A DNA stretch of 64,000 nt from Mobula hypostoma. Taxonomy: Eukaryota. The stretch is taken from positions 104,780,001 through 104,844,000 of the forward strand of contig NC_086105.1 in the NCBI RefSeq assembly GCF_963921235.1. The letters are read 5' to 3'. The translations under genes were made by a program, and so were the position numbers. Of the stretch, positions 51,541 to 61,975 are shown in pieces (within the stretch, counting starts at the first letter, position 1; the number at the start of each line of letters is the position of its first letter). The notes beneath the pieces are model-generated. The model was not told where the DNA came from. It was given only the letters and a program-made list of their open reading frames with translations, and ran no database searches.

Positions 51541-51714
51541 ACAGGCAAAAAAATTCTGGGAGCGGTTGGGGATGGAGAAGGGGAAAAGTAAGGGCTGGGC
51601 TGTGAGGGGAGGGTAAAGGTCGTATGGGGTGAGAAGGAGAGCCGGGCATAGAAGAACAAAGGTGGAGGAGATTTGGGGTGGGCAGAAGAAAACTGAGGAT
51701 TGGATAGAGGACAA

Positions 51715-52450
51715 ACAAGAGAAAGTCTGCAGAGGCTGGCAACAATCCAAGCAACACACACAAAATGCTGGAGGAACTCAGCAGGCCAGGCAACATCTAA
51801 TGAAAAGAGTAAACAGTCGACGTTTCGGGCTGAGACCCTTCATCAGGACTGGGGAAAAAAAAAGATGAGAATTTAGAGCAAGAAGGTGGAGGGAGGGGAG
51901 GAGGGAGTACAAGGTGATAGGTGAAACCGGGGGAGTGTGAAGTAAAGAGCTGGGAAGCTGATAGGTGAAAGAGATAAAGAGCTGGAGAAGGGGGATTCTG
52001 ATAGGAGAGGGTAGGTGACCATGGAAGAAAGGGAGGACGTTGTGTTGGAGGAAGAATAGATGGAATCATGGGAGTTTGGGATTAGCTGGGCGAATGTGGA
52101 TTAGAAATTGTTGCGTGACTAATGATGGAGGTGAATGCAGGAAGGCTAGGAAGTGCAGAGTGAGCGGAATGGATGGATGGAATGTGAGGCAGTCTATGTT
52201 TAGTCTCACCAATGTGGAGTAGGCTGTGCTGGATACAGTAGGTGACCCCGAAAAGAGTCGCAGGTGAAGTTTTGCTTCACCTGGATGGACTTTTTGGGGC
52301 CCTGAATGATGGTGAGGGAGGAGGTGAAGGAACAGGTGTAGCACTTGTCCCACTTGTAGGGATAGGTGCCTGGAGGGAAATCAGTGAGGAGGGACACATA
52401 GACAAAGGAGTCATGGAGAGAGCAATCCATGCAGAAAGTGGAGAGTATTA
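51715..52450 (-). mobile_element. Penelope-like element 3' fragment
   Basis: PPGTYPYKWDKCYTCSFTSSLTIIQGPKKSIQVKQNFTCDS, plus terminal region with intact hammerhead and tail. Confidence 0.85.
51814..51851 (-). ncRNA. Minimal type I hammerhead ribozyme (intact core)
   Basis: CAGUC-CUGAUGA-A-GGGU CUCA GCCC-GAAAC-GUC^-GACUG. Predicted cleavage between 51819 and 51818. Confidence 0.78.
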
Positions 52451-52454
52451 GGTG

Positions 52455-53000
52455 GGGTGGGGGGATATGTGATATGAAAAAAAAGAGAATGGGGTCAAGT
52501 TAGAGAGAATAGATAGGCATTATGAGGAGGTAGAGTAGGAGAGAGCAAATGTGGAAGAACTGTGAAAGAGGGAGAGTAAGGGAGGGGAGGAGCGAGTAGG
52601 AGAGGAATGGACAAGGGATGAAATAGACTGTAATAGGAGAGATAGGTGGAATAGCAGGGAGAAGGGAGGGAAAGATGACAAGAATGGGAGAATGATGAAT
52701 GGGACTGGGGAGTGGAGATGGTAGTAGGAAGGAAAATGTGGGAGGGAATGAGGTATGGACAATGAGGGTAAAAAAGGGAGAAAGGAAGTAAGAGAGCCAG
52801 TAGAGAAAGAGCAGAGAAGATGGAGCAGAAGGTTGGGCAAAAGAAGGAGGAAAAAGGTTAGAGAAAGAGAAAGGGATTTTCTTGAATGGAGACTGAATGA
52901 ACGAACACACAAATGACAGGAAAGGCGGGGAGGAAAGAGGAGTCAACGAATGGAGGAGAGAGTAGAACAACAGACATTAACATTGGAGACAATGAGATGG
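52455..53000. repeat. Purine-rich low-complexity tract upstream of the first SNRNP25 coding exon
   Basis: Strongly G/A-rich on +. 51560-51720 is similar. Confidence 0.8.
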
Positions 53001-53424
53001 AGATGGCATTGGACTCCTAAAAAATTCAGGGAGAGGACTAATAGAGAAAGACTGCAGACCAACATACAGAAGGAGAAAAATCCAGTTCTACACAATGCAG
53101 AGGGTGTGAGAGTATGTAAGACCCACAATGATCCTTCACTCCCACTGTAGCATTCATTTGTTCCTTAACTTTTACCTGGGTTTTTGATTTAGATTGATTG
53201 AACTGGAAGTTCAAATTAGATATAAATCATTCCTCAGTTCATACTTTGTGGGGGGGGGGGGATGTGGAATGAGGTAACGTTTGACTTCATTAAAGTAACA
53301 ACACTTATACCAAGTTAACAAAGTTAACGTGATTAATTCTGCATTTTGGAATTGTATGGCTATTTGCAAAAATGCTAACTTTTTGGAGATTTTTTGATCC
53401 AATTTGAAGAGCTGCTGATTTGGG

Positions 53425-53613
53425 ATGACTGATGAAATTAAAAAGGAATCTCCATCCATCAGCATTAAGGAGGAAGAAGCTGTTGCAATTTATAGTCAAG
53501 AGAAAGCAGCAGAGGAGGATGAAGAGTTATCACATGCAGAAATCTTGGACCTATTTCAGGAAGGTCTGGCTATGATAGTTCAGGATCCTTTGCTGTGTGA
53601 CCTGCCTGTACAG
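53425..53613 (+). CDS. SNRNP25: SNRNP25 first coding exon (U11/U12 snRNP 25 kDa)
   Basis: MTDEIKKESPS...EEDEELSHAEILDLFQEGLAMIVQDPLLCDLPVQ. Donor CAG|GTGTGT, phase 0. The start codon is inferred as the first in-frame ATG. Confidence 0.88.
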
Positions 53614-54809
53614 GTGTGTATCTTGAAAAGAACCAAGACCTGACCTTAGCCTTTTTAATATATCATTAAATTTAAAAATGTATTTTTATGATGGGGATGG
53701 GAATCATGTTGTTACTGCAGATCTGTGATACGTGTCTTTATGATCTTTATTGAGGACTGAAATAGCAGTATCTGAACAACATAATTTTAACAAAATGTGC
53801 AACAGTTATTCTTTGTATTGGCTACAAAGACAAAATTGTCTCCTGCACATTTAGTTTAAATTCAGTAATCTCAGCAGAGGCAGTGATAAAAATATTTGAT
53901 CTTAAAAAAAAACCAAAGCAATGAAGGGAAAGTGCAAATGAATAAGAAGTATTTTGGTTACTTAAAAAAATTTCAGTTGAGAATGTTAAAATACGTTTAA
54001 GTATATCAGGACAAGCTGGATTCTTGGCTCTATAATTAGGAAAAAGAAACCAAAAGCTAAGAAGCCATAACAAACCTTTATTACCCAGACATAATAATTG
54101 CATAGAACTACGGCAGAACGCTTTGGGAAAATGTCATCAGAGTGGGCTTGTCGTGGATTTCACAGTTGCTGGGTCTCAGATATATAATGAAATTTCCAGT
54201 GTAGATACAGTAGTCAACATCAGAAAGACTTGCAGATGAAGTGTTGGCTCAGCTGGAAGGATTGTTTGCGGCCCTGAATGGTGGTGAAGAAGGAGGTGAT
54301 GTTTCAGAATCAGGTCTATTATTACTGACATTTGTTGTGGCAGGAGCACAGTGCAAGACCTAAACAGCATAATAAATTACAAAAAGTACAATTGACAAAT
54401 AATGAGGTAGTGCTCTTGGATTCAAGGACTGTTCTGACATCTGACCAGAAGGGAGAAGCAATTTTTTATACATAAGAATGCACCTGTACCCCTTCCCCAA
54501 GGAACAGGTACACTCAATGCAAAGAGGGCATGTCCTGGATGGTGATGGTCTTACATGATGGATGCTGCTTTCTTGACCGCAGGGAGGGTTGTTCCCATGT
54601 CTGAGTCTACAGCCCTCTGCAGCTTCTTGCAATCCTATGCATTGGAGCCTCTGTACCAGGTGGTGATACAACCAGTCAGAATGTTCTTTAGTGTACCTTT
54701 GTAGAACTTTGGAAGAATCTAGTGACGTGCTAAATCTCTTCAAACTCCTATTGAAGTAAAGTCATTTACTTCATCGTTATTGATAATGTCAAATTTTGTT
54801 TTTATTTAG

Positions 54810-54900
54810 GTTACTTTGGAAGAGATAAATTCACAGATAGCACTTGAATATGGGCAGGCAATGACTGTGAAAGTAAAGAAAGGAGATGGTGAAATTATGC
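54810..54900 (+). CDS. SNRNP25: SNRNP25 coding exon 2
   Basis: VTLEEINSQIALEYGQAMTVKVKKGDGEIM. Acceptor tttatttag, donor C|GTAAGT, 91 nt. Confidence 0.96.
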
Positions 54901-55486
54901 GTAAGTGTTTTTTCCTTATTATTAAGTCTACAGCTGTAACTTTTTGAGAATAACTATCTTGTTACTGAAAATTAAATCTTCTGGGGTAAGTTAAGGTAAA
55001 GATGCTAGCTATGAGTGAATCCTAGGGAGCTCAAATCATAAATCAGAGAGAGTAAGGTTAATTTCTGTTTACCTTACATTCCCATCTTCATTTAAAAAGC
55101 AAAGAAATTGAAGGAATAGAGTACAGTGGTCCATTATATGAAGGTTGACAGTCACTACCTAGCTCTTGTTCAGAAGAAAGGAATTATGCTCGACCTTACT
55201 AGCAATCTGCTTCATAAATCTCCCCCCTTTCCCATATGTTGGGAATGGCGAGGGTGGAGCACCAAGGGAGGGATGTTGGGGGGGGGGGTGAGCCCAGACA
55301 CACCTAGCCTGAGACTCCAGGCAAAGACATTTGTTTCCAAACAATTGGCTTATTGATCAGTACAGAATTTCTCTTTAGTGCTTCCTGCTCCTTCCCCTCT
55401 CCCTCCCCCTTCCCATTCTCAGTCCACAAAAGGGACCCATATCAGAAACAGGTTTATCATCATTCACGTATGACATCATTAGTGTT

Positions 55487-55720
55487 GGGCACGTGGCCAA
55501 GTGGTTAAGGCGTTCGTCTAGTTATCTCAAGGTGGCTAGTTCGAGCCTCAGCTGTGGCAGCGTGTTTGTGCCCTTCGGCACGGCACTTAACCACACATTG
55601 CTTTAGTCTGTGTGAGGAATGGGGCCCCACATACAATTCCAATCTGCGCCTTGTAAGGCATGAAAATGCCCGACGCAAGCCTCTCATGATCTGGGTTAAC
55701 GTTCCCTCCCTCCCTCCCCC
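55487..55720 (+). mobile_element. tRNA-headed SINE of a second family
   Basis: A box TGGCCAAGTGG at 55494, B box GTTCGAGCC at 55539, non-tRNA body, (tccc)n tail. Confidence 0.75.
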
Positions 55721-55884
55721 ACATATGTCATGAAACTAGATTTTTGCAGCAACAGCAGCAGTATGGTGCAATACATAAAATTACCTCAGTACTGTGCAGA
55801 AGTATTAGATCCCTAGCTAAGAACAACACCAAACTACCGGCCTATATCCTGCCCGTCAACAACATGGAAGCTCCTGTCAGGCAT

Positions 55885-56560
55885 CATATCCACTAAGCTG
55901 GGGGTGCTGCTTATGGCTGTACAAGAGCAGGTGCTGAGCACGATAGCAATAGAAGCAACGGTCTATCACAGAGAAGACCCAAGATGCAGACTGTGCAAGG
56001 AGTCTGCTGAAACCATCCAGCACGTAGTAGTAGAGTGCAAGATGCAGGCAGGGACAGCAAAAACTGAATGGTACAACCAGGTTGCAGGAATTGTGTACAG
56101 CAACGTCTGCGCTGAGTGTGGATTGGGCATTCCGAAATCCAAATGGTAGTAGAGAATGTCAGAGCTAAGATCTTGTGGGACTTCCAAATAAAAACTGGTA
56201 AGCAGGTACTGGCCAACCAACCTTACATAGCAATACTGGACAAGGAACAGAAGAAAGTGATAGTGATAGATGAGGCAATCCTGAATGACAGTAACATCAG
56301 GAAGGAAGAATTTGAGAAGTTGGAGAAATACCAGGGCTTGAAAGAGCAGAGAAAAGATGTGGAAGGTTAAAGCCAGAGTGATTCCAGTGGTGATAGGAGT
56401 ACTTGGAACTGACACAAGGACTGGGAGAGTGGCTCTGACAAATCTCGGGAACAACATCTGAGATCTCGGTCCAGAAGAGTGCACTATTATGAACAGTAAG
56501 GGTACTGCGCCAAACCCTCAGGCTCCCAGGCCTCAGGTAGAGGACCCAAGATTGAGGGAA
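55885..56560 (+). mobile_element. 3' fragment of an RLE-type non-LTR retrotransposon (R4/Dong/Rex6-like)
   Basis: AVQEQVL...CRLCKESAETIQHVVVEC (CCHC knuckle), YNQVA (RHN-like), then KILWDFQI...NQPYIAILDK...VIVID...EKLEKY (restriction-like endonuclease). Confidence 0.85.
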
Positions 56561-56608
56561 AAAAAACACATACACACCACTCATAAGGAGTAAGTTAGGA
56601 ATTGATGG

Positions 56609-57463
56609 TGTAACCCTCTCACTGAGCTCGTACACAAACTCAACTTGTTAACTAGCTCTGCTAACGGCCACATGACTGTGCGGTGAGAACGCCACCTTTC
56701 ATGAACAATATACATCTAGGGTTGGTAGGAACTGGGGTCCAACCAAATTGGAATGTTGTGATGTTCCGATTAAAGAAACCTTGATCTGAGCGAACGCTGT
56801 GTAAATACTGCCCGTATACAATTATCGGTCGGCAAGAAATAACAGATTATACGCTGCATAAAATTATAAAGAAAGTATATTTACTGATTTCAACTTTATC
56901 AAAGAGTTATTAAGAGAGAAAAAAATGAAAATAAAAAAAAATAAAAGGACCCATTACAGTTAAACCAGTCTAAATGTTCACATGACTGTTGGAGTTCATC
57001 TCTTCCAACGTTGGGTATGATCGTTGCCCATGGCACCAAACCCATGGTTTGCGTAAAAGCAACTGGCACAGTCTAAACTTACCTCGAAGTTCATCTTGAA
57101 CAAACTGGCTCTTTCTCAGGAGTATTAGCCCTTCCTCCTTGGAGCCATTCATTTGCAAAAAGCACTTCTTGCAATGGGGACTCTCCTTCCCACGGCATTC
57201 TACAGCATCCTCCCTTCTGTCCCACTCTGCAGCTCTCACCAAAAGACCCCAAACCAGACTACTGTCCGTCACAAAACTCTCTCCACCTCGCTCTCTCAAG
57301 AATCTTCTCCAGATCCCACCATCCTGACTGGCTGACACAACATTCCTAAGTTGAACAATGGGGCTTCTTATCATTCTACCAACAGAGCACAATGCTTTTG
57401 CAGAAAACTGCTAAAATAAAACACCTGCAGCATAGCAGTAGAAATCTTAACCGGGATATTACA
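56609..57463. mobile_element. Solo LTR (855 bp) of an LTR retroelement
   Basis: Termini TGTAA...TTACA with a 4-bp TSD ATGG at 56605-56608 and 57464-57467. No coding capacity. Confidence 0.8.
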
Positions 57464-57483
57464 ATGGCTTTGTGGCCAAACTT

Positions 57484-59535
57484 ATAGTCATAGTCATACT
57501 TTATTGATCCCGGGGGAAATTGGTTTTCATTACAGTTACACCATAAATAATAAATAGTAATAGAACCATAAGTAGTTTAATATGTCAATTATGCCAGTAA
57601 ATTATGAAATAAGTCCAGGACCAGCCTATTGGCTCAGGGTGTCTGACCCTCCAAGGGAGGAGTTGTAAAGTTTGATGACCACATGCAGGAATGACTTCCT
57701 ATGACGCTCAGTGCTGCATCTCGCTGGAATGAGTCTCTGGCTGAATGTACTCCTGTGCCCACCCAGTACATTATGTAGTGGATGGGAGACATTGACCAAG
57801 ATGGTATGCAACTTAGACAGCATCCTCTTTTCAGACACCACCGAGAGAGTCCAGTTCCATCCCCACAACATCACTGGCCTTACGAATGAGTTTGTTGATT
57901 CTGTTGGTGTCTGCTACCCTCAGCCTGCTGCCCCAGCACACAACAGCAAACATGATCGCACTGGCTACCACAGACTCGTAGAACATCCTCAGCATCGTCC
58001 GACAGATGTTAAAGGACCTCAGTGTCCTCAGGAAATAGAGATGGCTCTGACCCTTCTTGTAGACAGCCTCAGTGTTCTTTGACCAGTCCAGTTTATTGTC
58101 AATTAGTATCCTCAGGTATTTGTAACCCTCCACCATGTCCACACTGACCCCCCGGATGGAAACAGGGGTCACCGGTACCTTAGCTCTCCTCAGGTCTACC
58201 ACCAGCTCCTTAGTCTTTTTCACATTAAGCTGCAGATAATTCTGCTCACACCATGTGACAAAGTTTCCTACCGTAGCCCTGTACTCAGCCTCATCTCCCT
58301 TGCTGATGCATCCAACTATGGCAGAGTCATCAGAAAACTTCCGAAGATGACAAGACTCTGTGCAGTAGTTGAAGTCCAAGGTGTAAATGGTGAAGGGAAA
58401 GGAAGACAAGACAGTCCCCTGTGGAGCCCCAGTGCTGCTGATCACTCTGTCGGACACACAGTGTTGCAAGCACACATACTGTGGTCTGCCAGTCAGGTAA
58501 TTAAGAATCCATGATACCAGGGAAGCATCCACCTGCATCGCTGTCAGCTTCTCCCCCAGCAGAGCAGGGTGGATGGTGTTGAACGCACTGGAGAAGTCAA
58601 AAAACATGACCCTCACAGTGCTCGCTGTCTTGTCCAGGTGGGCGTAGACATGGTTCAGCAGGTAGACGATGGCCTCCTCAACTCCTAGTCGGGGCTGGTA
58701 GGCGAACTGGAGGGGACCTAAGTGTGGCCTGAACATAGGCCGGAGCAGCTCCAGAACAAGTCTCTCCAGGGTCTTCATGATGTGGGAGGTCAATGCCACT
58801 GGTCTGTAGTCATTGAGGCCGCTGGGGCGCGGCGTCTTCAGCACAGTGACGAGGCAGGACGTCTTCCACAGTACAGGAACCCTCCGGAGCCTCAGGCTCA
58901 GGTTGAATACATGGTGAAGTACTCCACATAGCTGAGGGGCACAGGCTTTGAGCACCCTGGTACTGACACCGTCCGGTCCTGCAGCCTTGCTTGGGTTAAG
59001 ACGTTTCAGCTGTCTTCTCACCTGTTCAACTGTGAAGCCCACCATGGTGGTTTTGTGTGGGAGAGGGGTATAGTCATGAGAGCAGGGTGGGGGACTGTGA
59101 GGAGGGGTAGGAGGGGAGAGTGGAATATGTGTTGTTTGGGGACCGACAACAGATGACTCGTGGGGGATGGACAGGGGCCACAATGTCAAATCTGTTAAAG
59201 AACAGGTTAAGTTCATTGGCCCTGTCCACACTGTCTTCCGCTCCTCTGTTGCTAGTTTGCCGGAACCCAGTGATGGTCCTCATCACCCTCCAGGCCTCTC
59301 TCATGTTGTTCTGCTGGAGTTTCCACTCAAGCTTCCTCCTGTACCTATCTTTAGCCTCCCTGATCCTTGCTTTCAGGTCCATCTGTATTGCCCTCAACTC
59401 CTCCCTATTTCCATCTCTTAACGCCCTCTTTTTAGCGTTCAGGATGTCCTTAATGTCCTTTGTCACCCATGGCTTGTTATTTGAATAACAAAGGACAGTT
59501 CTTGTCGGAACATTGCAGTCCACACAGAAGTTGTG
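57484..59535 (-). mobile_element. Young 5'-truncated Rex1/Babar-type LINE with nearly intact RT
   Basis: 466-aa ORF KAAGPDGV...NDYRPVALTSHIMKTLERLV...DFSSAFNTI...GAPQGTVLS...FSDDSAIVG, upstream NNKPWVT ORF, (gactat)n tail. Confidence 0.95.
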
Positions 59536-60660
59536 AATGATATTATGATAGGTGGAGGGCAGGTAGTGTTGAGGAAGCGTGGTGCCTGCAGAAAGGCTTA
59601 AACTAATTGGGCAAATGGGCGAAGTGGCAGATGGAATATAGTCTAGGGAAGTGTGTAGTCATGACCTTTGGTAGAAGGACAGTGGTACAGAAGGCAAAGG
59701 CAATGTTAGCATTCATTTCGAGAGAACTAAAGCAAGGATGTAATGCTGAAGCTTTATATGGAGGAGAAGATGGCGACGCGACGACAGCGCGCGTGGCCTC
59801 TCCGGTGAATGATATCAGTAATCTGTCAAGTAGGGCACCGTGCACAATTCTGATTTGATGGAGACAGACGTGAGAGTGCAGAGGAACATCTGGAGAAATT
59901 TCTGTAATGCCCGCTTCGCTGCCGCTGCTACTGTGTGGTAACTGGAATCTCCGGAGCTGAAGGCCTCAAATCCTCGGCTTTGCTTGTTTCAGCGGCCGGG
60001 GCTAGGTCAAAGGTGCTCGGCGGAGGGTGGCGCTCGGGAGGCTGTATCAGAGGGGCTGGTCGGAGGCTCAAAGTTTTCGGGTGGATGGTCTCAGTGTCGG
60101 CTGTGGTCGGCTGCTTCCAAGGCATCGGCAAGTTGACGGTGCCTGGAGGTTTATGGCAGGGAGTTTCTCCCTTTTGCCACCTGCTATTGGGGACTCAGGA
60201 GTCGATCGACTCGGGAACTTTGAGACTATTTTTTACCGTGCCCATGATTTGTTCTTCATCAAATTATGGTATTGCTTTGCACTGCTGTAACTATATGTTA
60301 TAATTATGTGGTTCTGTCAGTGTTAGTCTTTGGTTTGTCCTGTTTTCTGTGATATCACTCTGGAGAAACATTGTATCATTTCTTAATGCATGTATGCATT
60401 TCTAAATGACAATGAAAGAGGACTGAGTGTTCTCATAATCTAATATGGTATTGGTCAGGCTGCACTTGGAGTATTGTGACTATCTTTGGGCCCCTTATCT
60501 GAAAGATGTGCTAGCATTTGAAAGGGTCCAGAGGAGGTTCAAAAGAATGATCCCAGGAATGAGGAGCATTTGATACTTGATGGAATTTAGAAGAAAGAGG
60601 GGAGATCTCATTGAAATATATCGATATCGATATGGCTGAAATCTGCTCTTAAGTCTTAAT
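59536..60660 (+). mobile_element. Degenerate CR1 RT fragment hosting the CpG-rich element
   Basis: WAKWQMEYSLGKC...KAKAMLAFISR before the insertion; gcacttggagtattgt...gtccagaggaggttc after it. Confidence 0.75.
59762..60442 (+). mobile_element. Apparently full-length, CpG-rich non-autonomous retroelement (about 680 bp)
   Basis: TSD atatgg at 59756-59761 and 60443-60448. Starts aggagAAGATGGCG (YY1-type motif) and ends in a LINE-like (aatct) tail. Second copy at 5946-6490; tail-only copy at 41632-41705 (-). Confidence 0.75.
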
Positions 60661-60679
60661 GATCCCTCCCCCTTCTCCT

Positions 60680-61290
60680 CTTAGTTATCGATGGAGGAAT
60701 TCATGGAATTCATTCTGAGTACGCTGCCGTGTCTTTTGATTGACTCTAAATGAACAAAATCAGCACAGAAACCTAGTGCAGATAATGAACTAGCTTCATA
60801 CAATGCTTTTGACCATTTCATCTTCCAAATCTTCATTTTCGTTGTAACATTCAAGATGATTGTCAATACCTTCAACTTCTTCATAGTTCCAAGCTTGCTG
60901 AAGTGGTGAAATCATTTCATTTTCACTCATGACTGTTTCTGGCATCTCCAAGCCTGAATGCTTGTGAGCAAAACAGTTCTGAATTGTCCTACTGCTTATT
61001 TCTCGCCAACTCTCACTGCTGTTTGAACACAAACACACACACACAACTGGTGCTATTTAAAATATGTTTGTTCTAAGCATGGCGTAGCGTCTAACAGGCC
61101 ACACAAGCATACATGACTGATGTTAATTGGAAACTGTTCGGCAAAAGTCTCCTATCCCATTTAAGCAGCCTAGTGTCCCAGTTAAACAAAGGGAATCCTG
61201 GCTATTTTCTTGATTAGTTTCTGTTTTTTAGGAGATGTCCTAAGTGAGCTGGTTCCCCGATTAACCAATGGCCCAATTAACTGGAATCCG
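60680..61290 (-). mobile_element. Tigger/pogo-like transposon deletion derivative
   Basis: SWREISSRTIQNCFAH followed by an acidic tail, typical of CENP-B/Tigger transposase C-termini. Shared with 7550-8766. Confidence 0.75.
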
Positions 61291-61567
61291 ATATTCCGAA
61301 TCGGAATCAGTTTTACTATTTCAGACATCTGTTGTGAAATTTGTTATTTTGCGGCAGCAGTACTGTGCAATACTTAAAAATGACTGTAAGTTATCATCAA
61401 TAAATAGTGCAAAACAATGAGGTAATGTTCCTGGACTGTTCAGAAATCTGATGGTGGAGGGGAGTAATCTGTTTTTAAAACATTGGATATGGGTTGACAG
61501 GCTTTTATACCACCTCCCTGATATGTATATGTTACACTACCACATAATCCATACTTTCTCCTTTCAG

Positions 61568-61673
61568 CTGTTGTTGTGATTCAAAATGAAACTGTCTTGG
61601 ATTTGAAGAAAGCTATTCAGAGATATGTCCAACTGAAGCAAGAACGAGAAGGAGGAACACAGTACATTAGCTG
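61568..61673 (+). CDS. SNRNP25: SNRNP25 coding exon 3 (ubiquitin-like domain); gene continues beyond the window
   Basis: (P)VVVIQNETVLDLKKAIQRYVQLKQEREGGTQYIS(W). Acceptor ctttctcctttcag, donor TG|GTAAAT, 106 nt. Confidence 0.96.
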
Positions 61674-61837
61674 GTAAATTATTCCTTGCTATTTACTATG
61701 CAATGCATCTACATCTATCGTTGAGGACATGTTGAAATTAATGATATCTGTCATTTAAATCTTGCCTAAAGTATTTCAGTTTCTCACTAGTATAAATATC
61801 ACCATATGAGTTGCTCAAGAAATAATGGCAGAATTAT

Positions 61838-61975
61838 AAACACAAGATTCTGCAGATGCTGGAAGTCTTGAGCAACACATCCAAAATGCTGAAGGAACTC
61901 AGCAAGTGAGGCAGCATCTATGGTGAGGAATAAACAGGTGACATTTCGGGCCGAGAGCCTTAATCAGGACAGAAA
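61838..61975 (-). mobile_element. Short Penelope-like tail with degenerate hammerhead
   Basis: Minus strand ctgtcCTGATTAaggctctcggcccGAAATGTCacctg, followed by the tail. Confidence 0.7.

Noticed and set aside
50573-52970. Several 120-180 aa Pro/Ser/Leu/Phe-rich ORFs
   Set aside because: Artefacts of pyrimidine- or purine-biased low-complexity tracts that lack stop codons.
55487-55560. Possible tRNA gene
   Set aside because: It has A and B boxes, but I cannot close an acceptor stem and it continues into a SINE body with a (tccc)n tail.
48352-61673. U12-type introns in POLR3K or SNRNP25
   Set aside because: None of the donors identified match RTATCCTT; all are ordinary GT-AG.
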